48,685 nt of DNA. It comes from a virus (taxonomy: Duplodnaviria > Heunggongvirae > Uroviricota > Caudoviricetes). The translations under genes and the position numbers were made by a program. The DNA is taken from IMG/VR virus record IMGVR_UViG_2541047926_000004, positions 1 through 48,685 of that record; one strand, given 5' to 3'. Below the pieces are notes generated by a model, which saw only the letters and a list, made by a program, of their open reading frames with translations, was not told where the DNA came from and made no database searches. Of the stretch, positions 9,802 through 19,263 are shown piece by piece (position 1 is the stretch's first letter; each line of letters opens with the position of its first letter).

Positions 9802-10347
9802 ATGACTATGCAACCACTTACATACCAACAGACTAGCGGATTTAGCCCGACTGCGGTGATAAATCGTTCTCAAACAAAACAGGCGCCAGGCCACGAAAAA
9901 ATCCGTGATGCCGTCCGCGCCTGGTCGGCTGCAGATAATCAGGATGTCGTTGCCGCACTCATTGTGAATGAGTATCGGGAGCAGGGCGACGGCACCATCG
10001 ATTTCCCTGATGATGTCAGCCGTGCACGCCAGAAGCTGTTCCGCTTCCTCGATAACAAATTCGATTCTGAAAAATACCGAAATAACGTGCGTGAACTGAC
10101 CCCGGCAATTCTGGCGGTACTACCGCTGGAATATCGCGGTTACCTGGTTGAGCAGGATAGCTTCATGACTAGGTTGGCTGAAATGGAAAAGGAACTCAGT
10201 GAGGCAAAACAGGCTGTCATTCTCAACGCACCACGCCACCAGAAACTGAAGGAAATTAGTGAAGGTATTGTGTCGATGTTTCGTGTGGACCCAGATCTGG
10301 CTGGTCCATTGATGGCGATGGTTACTACCATGCTGGGGGCGATATGA
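9802..10347 (+). CDS. CII-like phage regulatory protein
   Basis: 181 aa at the cII position between cro and O; family assignment from memory, unverified. Confidence 0.45.
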   Translation: MTMQPLTYQQTSGFSPTAVINRSQTKQAPGHEKIRDAVRAWSAADNQDVVAALIVNEYREQGDGTIDFPDDVSRARQKLFRFLDNKFDSEKYRNNVRELTPAILAVLPLEYRGYLVEQDSFMTRLAEMEKELSEAKQAVILNAPRHQKLKEISEGIVSMFRVDPDLAGPLMAMVTTMLGAI

Positions 10348-10433
10348 CAGGTTCAGAAATGGCGAAAGCCGGTCTGCTGGAACAGAACCGACTTTCAGGT
10401 GCAAATCGTAACACACTCATTGCGGGAGGAATT

Positions 10434-11363
10434 ATGGCAAACACTGCTGAGATATTCAATTTTCCAGTGCCGGATGCGGCACAAAAGGAGCCGCGCGTGG
10501 CAGATCTCGATGATGGTTATACGCGCATTGCAAATGAGTTGCTGGAAGCTGTGATGCTGGCCGGATTAACACAGCACCAGCTTCTGGTCTTTCTGGCTGT
10601 CATGCGCAAAACATATGGCTTTAATAAAAAACTGGATTGGGTTAGCAACGAGCAACTTTCCGAATTAACCGGGATATTGCCGCACAAGTGTTCTGCTGCA
10701 AAAAGTGCTCTGGTAAAGCGTGGGATTTTTATTCAGAGCGGGCGGAATATAGGCATTAATAATGTGGTCAGTGAATGGTCAACATTACCCGAATCAGGTA
10801 AGAAAAATAAAGTTTACCTGAAAGAGGTAAATTTACCTGAATCAGGTAAGAAAAGTTTACCCAAATCAGGTAAAGGCACTTACCCGAATCAGGTAAACAC
10901 AAAAGACAAACTAACAAAAGACAATATAAAACCTTATTCGTCCGAGAATTCTGGCGAATCCTCTGACCAACCAGAAAACGACCTTCCTGTGGTGAAACCA
11001 GATGCTGCAATTCAGAGCGGCAGCAAGTGGGGGACAGCAGAAGACCTGACCGCCGCAGAGTGGATGTTTGACATGGTGAAGACCATCGCGCCATCAGCCA
11101 GAAAACCGAATTTTGCAGGGTGGGCTAACGATATCCGTCTGATGCGTGAACGTGACGGCCGTAACCACCGCGACATGTGCGTGCTGTTCCGCTGGGCATG
11201 CCAGGACAACTTCTGGTCCGGTAACGTGCTAAGTCCGGCCAAACTCCGCGACAAGTGGACCCAACTCGAAATCAACCGTAACAAGCAACAGGCTGGCGTG
11301 ACAGCCGGAAAATCAAAACTCGACCTGACAAACACTGACTGGATTTACGGGGTGGATTTATGA
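10434..11363 (+). CDS. O: replication initiator O
   Basis: MANTAEIFNF...VADLDDGYTRIANELLEA parallels lambda O N-terminus; GGAGGA RBS before ATG 10434; iterons inside the gene; track ORF starts at 10344. Confidence 0.85.
   Translation: MANTAEIFNFPVPDAAQKEPRVADLDDGYTRIANELLEAVMLAGLTQHQLLVFLAVMRKTYGFNKKLDWVSNEQLSELTGILPHKCSAAKSALVKRGIFIQSGRNIGINNVVSEWSTLPESGKKNKVYLKEVNLPESGKKSLPKSGKGTYPNQVNTKDKLTKDNIKPYSSENSGESSDQPENDLPVVKPDAAIQSGSKWGTAEDLTAAEWMFDMVKTIAPSARKPNFAGWANDIRLMRERDGRNHRDMCVLFRWACQDNFWSGNVLSPAKLRDKWTQLEINRNKQQAGVTAGKSKLDLTNTDWIYGVDL
10786..10896 (+). repeat. origin iterons (five ~17-bp repeats TACC[CT][GA]AATCAGGTAA)
   Basis: Five tandem copies with internal dyad symmetry inside the O gene, as at ori-lambda. 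Confidence 0.75.
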
Positions 11364-12061
11364 AAAACATCGCCGCACAGATGGTTAACTTTGACCGTGA
11401 GCAGATGCGCCGGATCGCCAACAACATGCCGGAACAGTACGACGAAAAGCCGCAGGTACAACAGGTAGCGCAGATCATCAATGGTGTGTTCAGCCAGTTA
11501 CTGGCAACTTTCCCGGCGAGCCTGGCTAACCGGGACCAGAACGAACTGAACGAAATCCGCCGCCAGTGGGTTCTGGCTTTCCGGGAAAACGGGATCACCA
11601 CGATGGAACAGGTTAACGCAGGAATGCGCGTAGCCCGTCGGCAGAATCGACCATTCCTGCCATCACCCGGGCAGTTTGTTGCCTGGTGCCGGGAAGAAGC
11701 ATCCGTTACCGCCGGGCTGCCAAACGCCAGCGAGCTGGTTGATATGGTTTACGAGTATTGCCGGAAACGTGGCCTGTATCCGGATTCAGAGTCTTATCCG
11801 TGGAAATCAAACGCGCACTACTGGCTGGTTACCAACCTGTATCAGAACATGCGGGCCAATGCGCTGACTGATGCGGAATTACGGCGCAAGGCTGCCGATG
11901 AACTGGCCTGTATGACAGCGCGAATTAACCGTGGTGAGGCGATACCTGAACCAGTAAAACAACTTCCTGTTATGGGCGGGAGACCGCTTAATCGTGTTCA
12001 GGCTCTGGCGAAGATCGCAGAAATCAAAGCGAAGTTTGGGCTGAAAGGAGCAAGTGTATGA
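11360..12061 (+). CDS. P: replication protein P (helicase loader)
   Basis: 233 aa near-identical to lambda P as recalled. Confidence 0.95.
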   Translation: MKNIAAQMVNFDREQMRRIANNMPEQYDEKPQVQQVAQIINGVFSQLLATFPASLANRDQNELNEIRRQWVLAFRENGITTMEQVNAGMRVARRQNRPFLPSPGQFVAWCREEASVTAGLPNASELVDMVYEYCRKRGLYPDSESYPWKSNAHYWLVTNLYQNMRANALTDAELRRKAADELACMTARINRGEAIPEPVKQLPVMGGRPLNRVQALAKIAEIKAKFGLKGASV

Positions 12062-12231
12062 CGGGCAAAGAGGCAATTATTCATTATCTGGAGACGCACA
12101 AGAGCTTCTGTGCGCCGGACGTTGCTGTGACAACAGGTGTGACATTAACCAGCATAAATCAGGCTGCGGCAAAAATGGCGCGGGCAGGAATCCTGGTCAT
12201 TGATGGTAAGGTCTGGCGAACGTTTGTTTAA
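12058..12231 (+). CDS. ren: Ren-like protein (short)
   Basis: 57 aa MTGKEAIIHYLETHKSFCAPDVAVTTG... matches lambda Ren N-terminus; ATGA overlap with P; below the ORF-track size cut-off. Confidence 0.7.
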   Translation: MTGKEAIIHYLETHKSFCAPDVAVTTGVTLTSINQAAAKMARAGILVIDGKVWRTFV

Positions 12232-12377
12232 CGGTTAGCTACTCAGGATGATAGGGCGGGGCAAGTGAGTATGAAGCGGATTTTAAGGAATGCCATCAGA
12301 GTTTGGAAATAAAGTGGGTTTTCTAGTGGCAAGAGACTTGATAATATTTAGTTCTTTGAATCCAAGGAGATAGGGTT

Positions 12378-12872
12378 ATGAGAAAATTTATTTTAGCCTT
12401 TGTTATAAGTGCCTCGTTTACAGCAAATGCTGGTGTAGAGAAGTTAGGGCCGTGGATAACAAAGTCTGAGATAAATAAAATGACTGACCAGACTGACTTT
12501 GTGGCTCTTAATTTATCACCAGATTCATATAACAAAGCAGGTACTGATCGTGCAACTTCACTGGTGTTGCGTTGTAGTGATAACAAAACAGATGCCTATT
12601 TATCATTCAATGATTATATGGGTTCGGACAACCCAAGAATTACAGTGCGGTTAGATGGCGGAAAGCCGGTCAAGAGTGTTTGGGGAGGTGGGGAAGGCGG
12701 TGATTCTGCATTTGCTCCACAACCAATACAATTTATAAAGACCTTGGCTAAGCATAAAAAAGCTATTTTTGGGTTTGAACCTTATGGATCAACTATGCAA
12801 GTAGTTGAGTTTGACTTGTCTGAGATTGATAAGGTTGTGGAAAAAATTTCACAGTCTTGCAATTGGAAATGA
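12378..12872 (+). CDS. hypothetical exported protein (signal peptide)
   Basis: 164 aa; N-terminal MRKFILAFVISASFTANA signal-like; AAGGAGA RBS; followed by its own terminator. Confidence 0.55.
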   Translation: MRKFILAFVISASFTANAGVEKLGPWITKSEINKMTDQTDFVALNLSPDSYNKAGTDRATSLVLRCSDNKTDAYLSFNDYMGSDNPRITVRLDGGKPVKSVWGGGEGGDSAFAPQPIQFIKTLAKHKKAIFGFEPYGSTMQVVEFDLSEIDKVVEKISQSCNWK

Positions 12873-12889
12873 CAAAAAAATTTCATATG

Positions 12890-12916
12890 AACCCAGTTGG
12901 CGCTGGGTTTTTTATT
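12890..12916 (+). terminator. rho-independent terminator
   Basis: Hairpin AACCCAGTTGGCGCTGGGTT followed by TTTTTATTT. Confidence 0.5.
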
Positions 12917-13509
12917 TCAGTAGCCAATAATGCATTCAAAATCTCTTACTTGAGAAACGGCCTATTTGAGATTTCAGTCGTGGCAGGATGATCAGTTGAT
13001 TCGAGTATTGACGCATTTGCGTTCGGAGCGATTACAGTAGATTGTAAATAATAATGAGAAACACATAGCCACATAGCCACCCCGTGGTATTGAAACCATA
13101 TAATGTTGGATTTGAAAACAGATCTTTTCCCATGTATTAATAACTACATCCCCGCGAGTAATTCAAAAAGGAGGGCCCAATTTTGTCCGAGTTTTTGTAT
13201 TCCCCCGCATGCCGCTGCGGAGCACTACATCTGAGTGTCTGACTAGGGGATAAAATTAGACTGGATAGTGAGAAGAAAGTGGCGCGCTAGGCTGTGCCGA
13301 GTGCTACCAGTACACCTTGGGGGTGTGCAGCTTTCGCCGAGACTGTAGTGGGTATCGGTTAATGCACGAAAAACCGAGAGGTCAGACAACCAATTTGCCG
13401 TAGGATTGTTTCCGGTGCGATACCGGTCTACTAACTGAAAGCAATGCGAAAAAGCATAAACTCGGTCCTTCAGTCGCCCTACACACTATTTACTAAGAAG
13501 GGCTGAAGC

Positions 13510-13710
13510 ATGGATACAATTATTACATGGATGGGAGATCGTCTGTTGGGGGGGACACAAAAATCCGATCTGCGGCAGATGGCGATCACTGGATTAACTT
13601 CCGCGATTTGTTCAACAATTTTGTACACTGAAAAATTAAAACATGGTGAGCCTATTAACCCAAACGAAGAAGAAAAACTTTATAGGCTTTGGTATGAAGG
13701 AAACGCTTGA
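13510..13710 (+). CDS. hypothetical small protein
   Basis: 66-aa ORF with GAAGGG upstream; no motif. Confidence 0.3.
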   Translation: MDTIITWMGDRLLGGTQKSDLRQMAITGLTSAICSTILYTEKLKHGEPINPNEEEKLYRLWYEGNA

Positions 13711-13916
13711 AAGAATAAAGCACAATTAAAACCTTTGATTTGCGATAATCAACTTGCCATAATTAAGTAATCGGAGCCTGAACAACTCCGGTGACTTCTG
13801 CGCTAAACGGGGACGTTTATGCGCACATACAATCCAACCTCTCTTCTCCATTCACAGATGCAGAAATGCACCTGCGATATTTTGCATCCAGCGTTTGATC
13901 TCTGCGGAGGTGAAGC

Positions 13917-14372
13917 GTGAACCTCCCACAAGATGGTATCAAATTGCATCGCGGTAACTTCACCGCTATCGGTCGGCAGATCCAGCCTTATCTGGAGGAC
14001 GGCAAATGCTTTCGTATGGTGCTTAAACCGTGGCGCGAGAGACGCAGTCTTTCCCAGAATGCACTCAGCCACATGTGGTACAGCGAAATCAGTGAATACC
14101 TCATCAGCAGGGGTAAAACGTTCGCCACTCCAGCTTGGGTAAAAGATGCTCTCAAACACACTTATCTCGGTTATGAAACCAAAGAACTGGTTGATGTCGT
14201 AACCGGTGAAATCACCACCATTCAGTCATTACGTCATACCTCCAATCTTGATACCGGAGAGATGTATGTCTTCCTGTGTAAGGTTGAAGCCTGGGCGATG
14301 AATATTGGCTGCCACCTGACTATTCCGCAGAGCTGCGAGTTCCAGCTGCTCCGCGACAAGCAGGAGGCGTAA
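13917..14372 (+). CDS. ninB: NinB-like recombination protein
   Basis: GTG start with GGAGG upstream; [16 protein letters not shown] resembles lambda NinB core. Confidence 0.6.
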   Translation: MNLPQDGIKLHRGNFTAIGRQIQPYLEDGKCFRMVLKPWRERRSLSQNALSHMWYSEISEYLISRGKTFATPAWVKDALKHTYLGYETKELVDVVTGEITTIQSLRHTSNLDTGEMYVFLCKVEAWAMNIGCHLTIPQSCEFQLLRDKQEA

Positions 14373-14542
14373 TGGCTACACCGCTTATTCGTGTCATGAA
14401 CGGACACATCTACAGAGTATCAAATCGTCGTAAGCGTAAACCTGAGCTGAAGCCATCCGAAATACCAACACTGCTAGGATATACCGCCAGCCTGGTTGAT
14501 AAAAAATGGTTGCGACTGGCAGCAAGGAGGAATCATGGCTGA
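14372..14542 (+). CDS. NinE-like small protein
   Basis: 56 aa; YTASLVDKKWLRLAARR resembles lambda NinE C-terminus; not in ORF track (short). Confidence 0.45.
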   Translation: MATPLIRVMNGHIYRVSNRRKRKPELKPSEIPTLLGYTASLVDKKWLRLAARRNHG

Positions 14543-14825
14543 TTTGAGAAAAGCAGCGCGTGGTCGGGAATGCCAGGTAAGAATCCCTGGCGTATGTAAT
14601 GGCAACCCTGAAACGTCTGTACTGGCACATATCCGGCTGGCTGGATTGTGCGGTACCGGTATCAAACCGCCAGACCTGATTGCCACCATCGCATGTTCTG
14701 CCTGTCACGACGAAATCGACCGCCGCACACATTTTGTCGATGCTGAGTATGCAAAAGAATGCGCGCTGGAAGGTATGGCGAGAACACAGGTTATCTGGCT
14801 GAAAGAGGGGGTTATTAAGGCGTGA
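14535..14825 (+). CDS. ybcO: YbcO-like protein (DLP12-type)
   Basis: [28 protein letters not shown]... Cys-rich; AGGAGG RBS before ATG 14535; track ORF starts at TTG 14496. Confidence 0.7.
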   Translation: MADLRKAARGRECQVRIPGVCNGNPETSVLAHIRLAGLCGTGIKPPDLIATIACSACHDEIDRRTHFVDAEYAKECALEGMARTQVIWLKEGVIKA

Positions 14826-15184
14826 ATACCTACAGCATCACATTACCCTGGCCTCCGAGCAATAATCGCTATTACCGCCATAATCGCGGGCGCACGCACG
14901 TCAGCGCAGAGGGGCAGGCATACCGCGATAACGTCGCCCGAATCATTAAAAACGCAATGCTGGATATCGGCCTGGCTATGCCTGTGAAAATCCGTATTGA
15001 GTGCCACATGCCGGATCGCCGTCGCCGTGACCTGGATAATCTGCAAAAAGCCGCTTTTGACGCACTCACCAAAGCAGGTTTCTGGCTGGATGATGTTCAG
15101 GTCGTTGATTACCGTGTTGTGAAGATGCCCGTTACCAAAGGTGGGAAGCTGGAGCTGACCATCACTGAACTGGGGAATGAATGA
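14822..15184 (+). CDS. rusA: Holliday junction resolvase RusA
   Basis: 120 aa near-identical to E. coli RusA as recalled ([18 protein letters not shown]...). Confidence 0.9.
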   Translation: MNTYSITLPWPPSNNRYYRHNRGRTHVSAEGQAYRDNVARIIKNAMLDIGLAMPVKIRIECHMPDRRRRDLDNLQKAAFDALTKAGFWLDDVQVVDYRVVKMPVTKGGKLELTITELGNE

Positions 15185-15321
15185 TGTTTGAGTCTTATAT
15201 GGCAGAACGTCTTCGCCACCGCTGGATGCGCCTGCGCTTATATCGTTTCCCCGGTTCTGTTTTGACCGATTACCGGATACTGAAGAATTACGCCAAAACA
15301 CTGAAAGGAGCTGCCGCATGA
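15181..15321 (+). CDS. ylcG: YlcG-like small protein
   Basis: 46 aa [26 protein letters not shown]... overlapping rusA stop and Q start. Confidence 0.5.
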   Translation: MMFESYMAERLRHRWMRLRLYRFPGSVLTDYRILKNYAKTLKGAAA

Positions 15322-16007
15322 ATACCCAATATTTACAGTATGTCCGCGAGCAACTCATTGTGGCTACTGCTGATTTGAGCGGAGCAACGAAAGGCCAGCT
15401 TGAAGCCTGGCTGGAGCATGCACAATTTGATACTGGTACATATAAACGAAAGAAGCCGCGCATTCTGGATGAGGTAACGGGCAAGATGATTACGCTGGAT
15501 AATCCGCCGATTTCCGGTAAGCAGTCGTACGCAAAAGGTTCATCCATTGCACTGGTCAGCCAGGTTGAGTTCTCAACATCTTCATGGCGCCGCGCGGTTC
15601 TGTCTCTCGAAGAACATCAGAAAGCGTGGTTGCTATGGAACTATAGCGAGAACGTGCGCTGGTGCTATCAGGTGGAAATCACTCAATGGGCGTGGGCAGA
15701 GTTCCGGGAGCAGCTCGGCGCGAAGAAGGTGGCCGGCAAAACGATGGAGCGCCTGAAGAAGCTTGTCTGGCTCGCGGCTCAGGACGTGAAAGCAGAGCTG
15801 GCAGGGCGTGAGACGTATGAATACCAAAAGCTTGCCGCCATGGTCGGAGTGACCCCGAAGAACTGGTCAGAAACGTTTACAGAACGGTGGGAGGAGATGA
15901 AAACCACCTTGCGGCGCCTTGATAGCGATTCTCTTTTGCAGGTAACGCGATCACGTTCACAACAAAAGGCGACAAATTTAGACTCAAGTCTTGCAAAACT
16001 GGATTAA
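15318..16007 (+). CDS. late-gene antiterminator Q
   Basis: 229 aa at the Q position just upstream of the lysis genes; AGGAG RBS. Confidence 0.8.
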   Translation: MNTQYLQYVREQLIVATADLSGATKGQLEAWLEHAQFDTGTYKRKKPRILDEVTGKMITLDNPPISGKQSYAKGSSIALVSQVEFSTSSWRRAVLSLEEHQKAWLLWNYSENVRWCYQVEITQWAWAEFREQLGAKKVAGKTMERLKKLVWLAAQDVKAELAGRETYEYQKLAAMVGVTPKNWSETFTERWEEMKTTLRRLDSDSLLQVTRSRSQQKATNLDSSLAKLD

Positions 16008-16167
16008 ATGCGTCATATTTGAGTCTACTTTGATATGCTGCCTTAACTTTAAGTGGCGGCATGAAGTTTGAAAAAAGTTGGTCGGCAAGCCATCAGTAAA
16101 AAGCAGTTAGACAGCGGCAGTCTTTAAAAGCAACGTAACGGCTCGAAAGTGAGCAAAAATACAAGCC

Positions 16168-16205
16168 CGAGGTTAACGCCTTGGGCTTTGTCGTTTCTGC
16201 AATCT
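16168..16205 (+). terminator. putative tR'-like terminator
   Basis: Hairpin AAGCCCGAGG-TTAACG-CCTTGGGCTT followed by a T-rich tract about 160 nt after Q. Confidence 0.35.
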
Positions 16206-16480
16206 CAGCGCTGTTTAAAGGTTTCGTACCCACAGCTGGAGCATTTGTAATAGTCTCTCTGAACTCCCAGCCCAATGAAATCGGGGTCATCTACGGTTCG
16301 GTCAAGGCTATAGCTCATCTGTGAGCATCTGGGGCATTTCTCCCCACCGCTGGATTTGATGTATGCCTCAAGCTCGGCGACCTGCTGTTTGAGACGATCC
16401 ACTTCGTCGGGTACTGTTTTTAACCTTTTCCACAGTGGGATTTTTTCCAGTAAAGAATCCAGTTCGGAGAGTATCCCCAT
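16205..16480 (-). CDS. hypothetical zinc-ribbon protein
   Basis: 91 aa; N-terminal predicted coiled coil then CPRC...(24 residues)...CSSC; ATG with GAGGTG 4 nt upstream. Confidence 0.45.
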   Translation of the reverse strand: MGILSELDSLLEKIPLWKRLKTVPDEVDRLKQQVAELEAYIKSSGGEKCPRCSQMSYSLDRTVDDPDFIGLGVQRDYYKCSSCGYETFKQR

Positions 16481-16676
16481 GAGTCACCTCGTTAATAAGA
16501 CGCTAGTTACGACAGGCGGCATTACGCTATGCAAGCCTGATATTTATGCCCTTGATATCACTACTGATGATAAAGGGAGTAAAGAACTCTACATTCTCAA
16601 GAATGGCGAAGAATTGATCCACTTCGAACTTACAGAAGAGAGTACGGAAAAGTTGTTATCCTTGCTCCGAGAGTAG
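16479..16676 (+). CDS. hypothetical small protein (doubtful)
   Basis: 65 aa from ATG 16479 whose start codon overlaps the start of the opposite-strand gene within a shared CATG. Confidence 0.25.
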   Translation: MSHLVNKTLVTTGGITLCKPDIYALDITTDDKGSKELYILKNGEELIHFELTEESTEKLLSLLRE

Positions 16677-17330
16677 GTCTATTTGCATTGCATCAATACC
16701 CCTGTCACATCGTCGTAGAGCATTGAAACGAGTTTCATCAGATGTTAAATTTTTAGTGTGGTGAATCCCCCTATGCGGAGGGGCGACCAGTCAAACTTTT
16801 TTGTCCAGGTTTGTTTGCGCGGAACTAGTCGGCTGGGGCTGTTCCACCGGGAGGCACCCGGCGCCACCTCCTTGACGGTATTGTTATTTTTCATGCCTGT
16901 TCGTCCGAGCAGGCTTTTTTTGCCCGCATTATCTTCATTGAAAACTGGCAACTCAGAGAATCATCCAAATTAAAAAAGCAGCAACGAGAGCGATTACTAA
17001 TACATTCTTCGCTTTTTCTCTTCTGCTGGCCTTCACAAAAGGATTCACTATCCGGCAGTGGCTACACACAAGTGATTCTGGGTTAATTAACTTTCCGCAG
17101 TAGGGACAGGGCTTGATAATCATTGGTACTAATTAAGTTGTGAGAACGTAGTCTCATTTAACCACATTTATCGAGTTGTTTTACTAATGGTCTAGTTATT
17201 TCAGACATATTCATCAATTTCAGGCTCACGGGAATCATCCGCTACGTGCTTTGTTGATAAATCCAGCCCGTGAAGCCTGACCCTTTTCAAACACACACAC
17301 AGCGCCATCCGAAAAATCGGAGGTGAGGCT

Positions 17331-17609
17331 ATGACCAGAATGAGCACCATTTACAGCAGACTTTCATATGGAACAGGAACCACGCTGACCGGCTGCGGTG
17401 TATCAGCGAAGGCATATGCCGAAACAGCTAAAACAGCAAAAGAGGTGTCCTGGATGTTGGCCGACAGAATTGCAGGGTTAAGCCTGAGCGACTGGGCAAT
17501 TATTGTCGGTATCGCATGCACTGTTATTACCTGTGCAGTGAACTGGTATTTCCGCTGGAAAGAACGGGAGGATCGGCGCAATGGCTATGCCACCAAAGCT
17601 GAAGAATAG
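17331..17609 (+). CDS. holin
   Basis: 92 aa; dual-start MTRM; transmembrane stretches; C-terminal basic tail similar to Qin/21-type holins; GGAGGTGAGG RBS. Confidence 0.8.
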   Translation: MTRMSTIYSRLSYGTGTTLTGCGVSAKAYAETAKTAKEVSWMLADRIAGLSLSDWAIIVGIACTVITCAVNWYFRWKEREDRRNGYATKAEE

Positions 17610-18153
17610 CGTTATTGCAGCGATACCCGCTGGCGCTATTGCTATCGCTGCGGCGTTGATTACTGGCCCAACGGGTAATGATGGCCTTGAAGGTGTACGC
17701 TATCAGCCTTATCGGGATGTTGTTGGAGTGTGGACTGTATGCTGGGGCCATACTGGTAAAGATATTATCCTCGGCAAGACCTACACCAAAGCAGAGTGCC
17801 AGGCGCTGCTGGATAAAGACCTGAATATTGTCGCCCGACAGATTAACCCATATATCAATGCTCCGATCCCCGAAACGATGAGAGGGGCGCTGTACTCATT
17901 TGCGTATAACGTAGGCGCGGGAAACTTCAAAACCTCCACACTGTTACGAAAAATCAACCAGGGTGATTCGAAAGGCGCATGCGAACAACTGCGGCGCTGG
18001 ATCTATGCTGGTGACAAACAGTGGAAGGGTTTAATCACGAGGCGTGAGATTGAGCGTGAAGTTTGCCTGTGGGCAGAGAAACCTCAGGTTCTGGGGGATG
18101 GACTCGGGCCGCTTAACCCTGGCATTCCGGTATCAGTTCCGGGGGTATTCTGA
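17581..18153 (+). CDS. SAR endolysin (lysozyme)
   Basis: 190 aa; N-terminal signal-anchor-release region ([16 protein letters not shown]) then lysozyme-like domain. Confidence 0.85.
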   Translation: MAMPPKLKNSVIAAIPAGAIAIAAALITGPTGNDGLEGVRYQPYRDVVGVWTVCWGHTGKDIILGKTYTKAECQALLDKDLNIVARQINPYINAPIPETMRGALYSFAYNVGAGNFKTSTLLRKINQGDSKGACEQLRRWIYAGDKQWKGLITRREIEREVCLWAEKPQVLGDGLGPLNPGIPVSVPGVF

Positions 18154-18689
18154 TGAAACCCAGAAAAATTACGATTGTTGCGGTTCTGCTGGTGGCTGTC
18201 GTAATCATTATTGCAGTGCTTAGCGTATTACTGGTTCGTAGCCGCTCAGCTCTTGAAACAGAACAGAGTGAGAATCGGGTATTACGTAATGATAACGCGC
18301 TGCAGGCGACGGTGATAACTACACAGGCTTTCAACTTCAATCGGTTTAACCAGATAGCAGAGAACGCCAACCGCCTTAACTCGCTGATCGATGCCGGTAC
18401 TGAGAAAACTGTCATCGAATACCGGGAGATTCTCCGACGTGAAAAGACCTGTGATCTGCCTGTTCCTGCTGATGTCGCTGGTGGGCTGCTCAAATACGCG
18501 TACCGTTTACGTGCCAGCGCAATGCACCCCGATACCGGGAACACTAACGCAACCGATGATAGTACCGCTGCCGCCAGCTCAATGACGTATTGCCAGGCCG
18601 TCCTCTGGATTGAACCTTTGCTGGCTGTTATTGAGAAGGGCAACAATAACCTGGCGGGTATACGAGAGATTGAGAAGTTACGAAAATGA
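18153..18689 (+). CDS. i-spanin Rz
   Basis: 178 aa; N-terminal TM, coiled-coil body; directly after endolysin. Confidence 0.8.
   Translation: MKPRKITIVAVLLVAVVIIIAVLSVLLVRSRSALETEQSENRVLRNDNALQATVITTQAFNFNRFNQIAENANRLNSLIDAGTEKTVIEYREILRREKTCDLPVPADVAGGLLKYAYRLRASAMHPDTGNTNATDDSTAAASSMTYCQAVLWIEPLLAVIEKGNNNLAGIREIEKLRK
18391..18585 (+). CDS. o-spanin Rz1 (embedded in Rz, +1 frame)
   Basis: Lipobox LVGC after a hydrophobic segment; proline-rich C-terminus; true start may be internal. Confidence 0.5.
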   Translation: MPVLRKLSSNTGRFSDVKRPVICLFLLMSLVGCSNTRTVYVPAQCTPIPGTLTQPMIVPLPPAQ

Positions 18690-19059
18690 ATAATGTCCGT
18701 TGACATTGTTAGGGTGATTCTCATTTAACAACCTCAACTGCTACATTACAGTGCTTCATCATGCAATTAGCTTTTTCACCAATGGCTTAGATCCAGTGAA
18801 AGTTACTGACGTTATCTAATGACAAGATGAACGTAGCTTTTGTGTAGTTTTTCAGCGAATAGGATTATCTGAATTTAGCATTTTTGGCTTGTATAAACTG
18901 TGGGTAAGTAGCTATAGTCACGTCATAGATAGTATTTTTGCATCTTTTTCAAGCCTCTTTTGAGGCTTTTTGCACATTTAAATATGACAACAATGGCACA
19001 TATAGTATGTCCCCCTTGGCACAGGCACTATATGTAGCGCTATAAAAGGAGCTATCATT

Positions 19060-19260
19060 ATGACCCCAGCTGAGTTCTACGATGTTTACAATATCAAACC
19101 GGCAGAAATGTTGACTGGTGAAACTGTTAACAACTTCGCTTCTCGTGTAATGGCACAGCAAACTAGTACGAGTGGAAACACAGGTGTTTGGTACTCACAA
19201 GGTACCGCTACACAATCGAAGCAAAACCAAACTACAAGTCATCAACTTTACACGTACTGA
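19060..19260 (+). CDS. hypothetical small protein with Q/S/T-rich C-terminal tail
   Basis: 66 aa; AGGAG RBS; stop 3 nt before the next gene. Confidence 0.4.
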   Translation: MTPAEFYDVYNIKPAEMLTGETVNNFASRVMAQQTSTSGNTGVWYSQGTATQSKQNQTTSHQLYTY

Positions 19261-19263
19261 TTT

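Noticed and set aside
12917-13509. Retron-type ncRNA
   Set aside because: No reverse transcriptase gene anywhere nearby and no flanking long inverted repeats; kept only as a possible small RNA or leader
14843-15547. 234-aa minus-strand ORF
   Set aside because: Antisense to rusA, ylcG and Q, which are strongly supported
16356-16676. 106-aa plus-strand ORF
   Set aside because: First 41 codons are antisense to the zinc-ribbon gene and read as Ser/Cys-rich low complexity; only the part from ATG 16479 is kept as a doubtful small ORF
18113-18724. 203-aa minus-strand ORF
   Set aside because: Antisense to Rz; no RBS; low-complexity translation
18990-19040. Sigma-54 promoter (TGGCAC elements)
   Set aside because: Two TGGCAC boxes are present but neither is followed by the TTGC element at the required spacing
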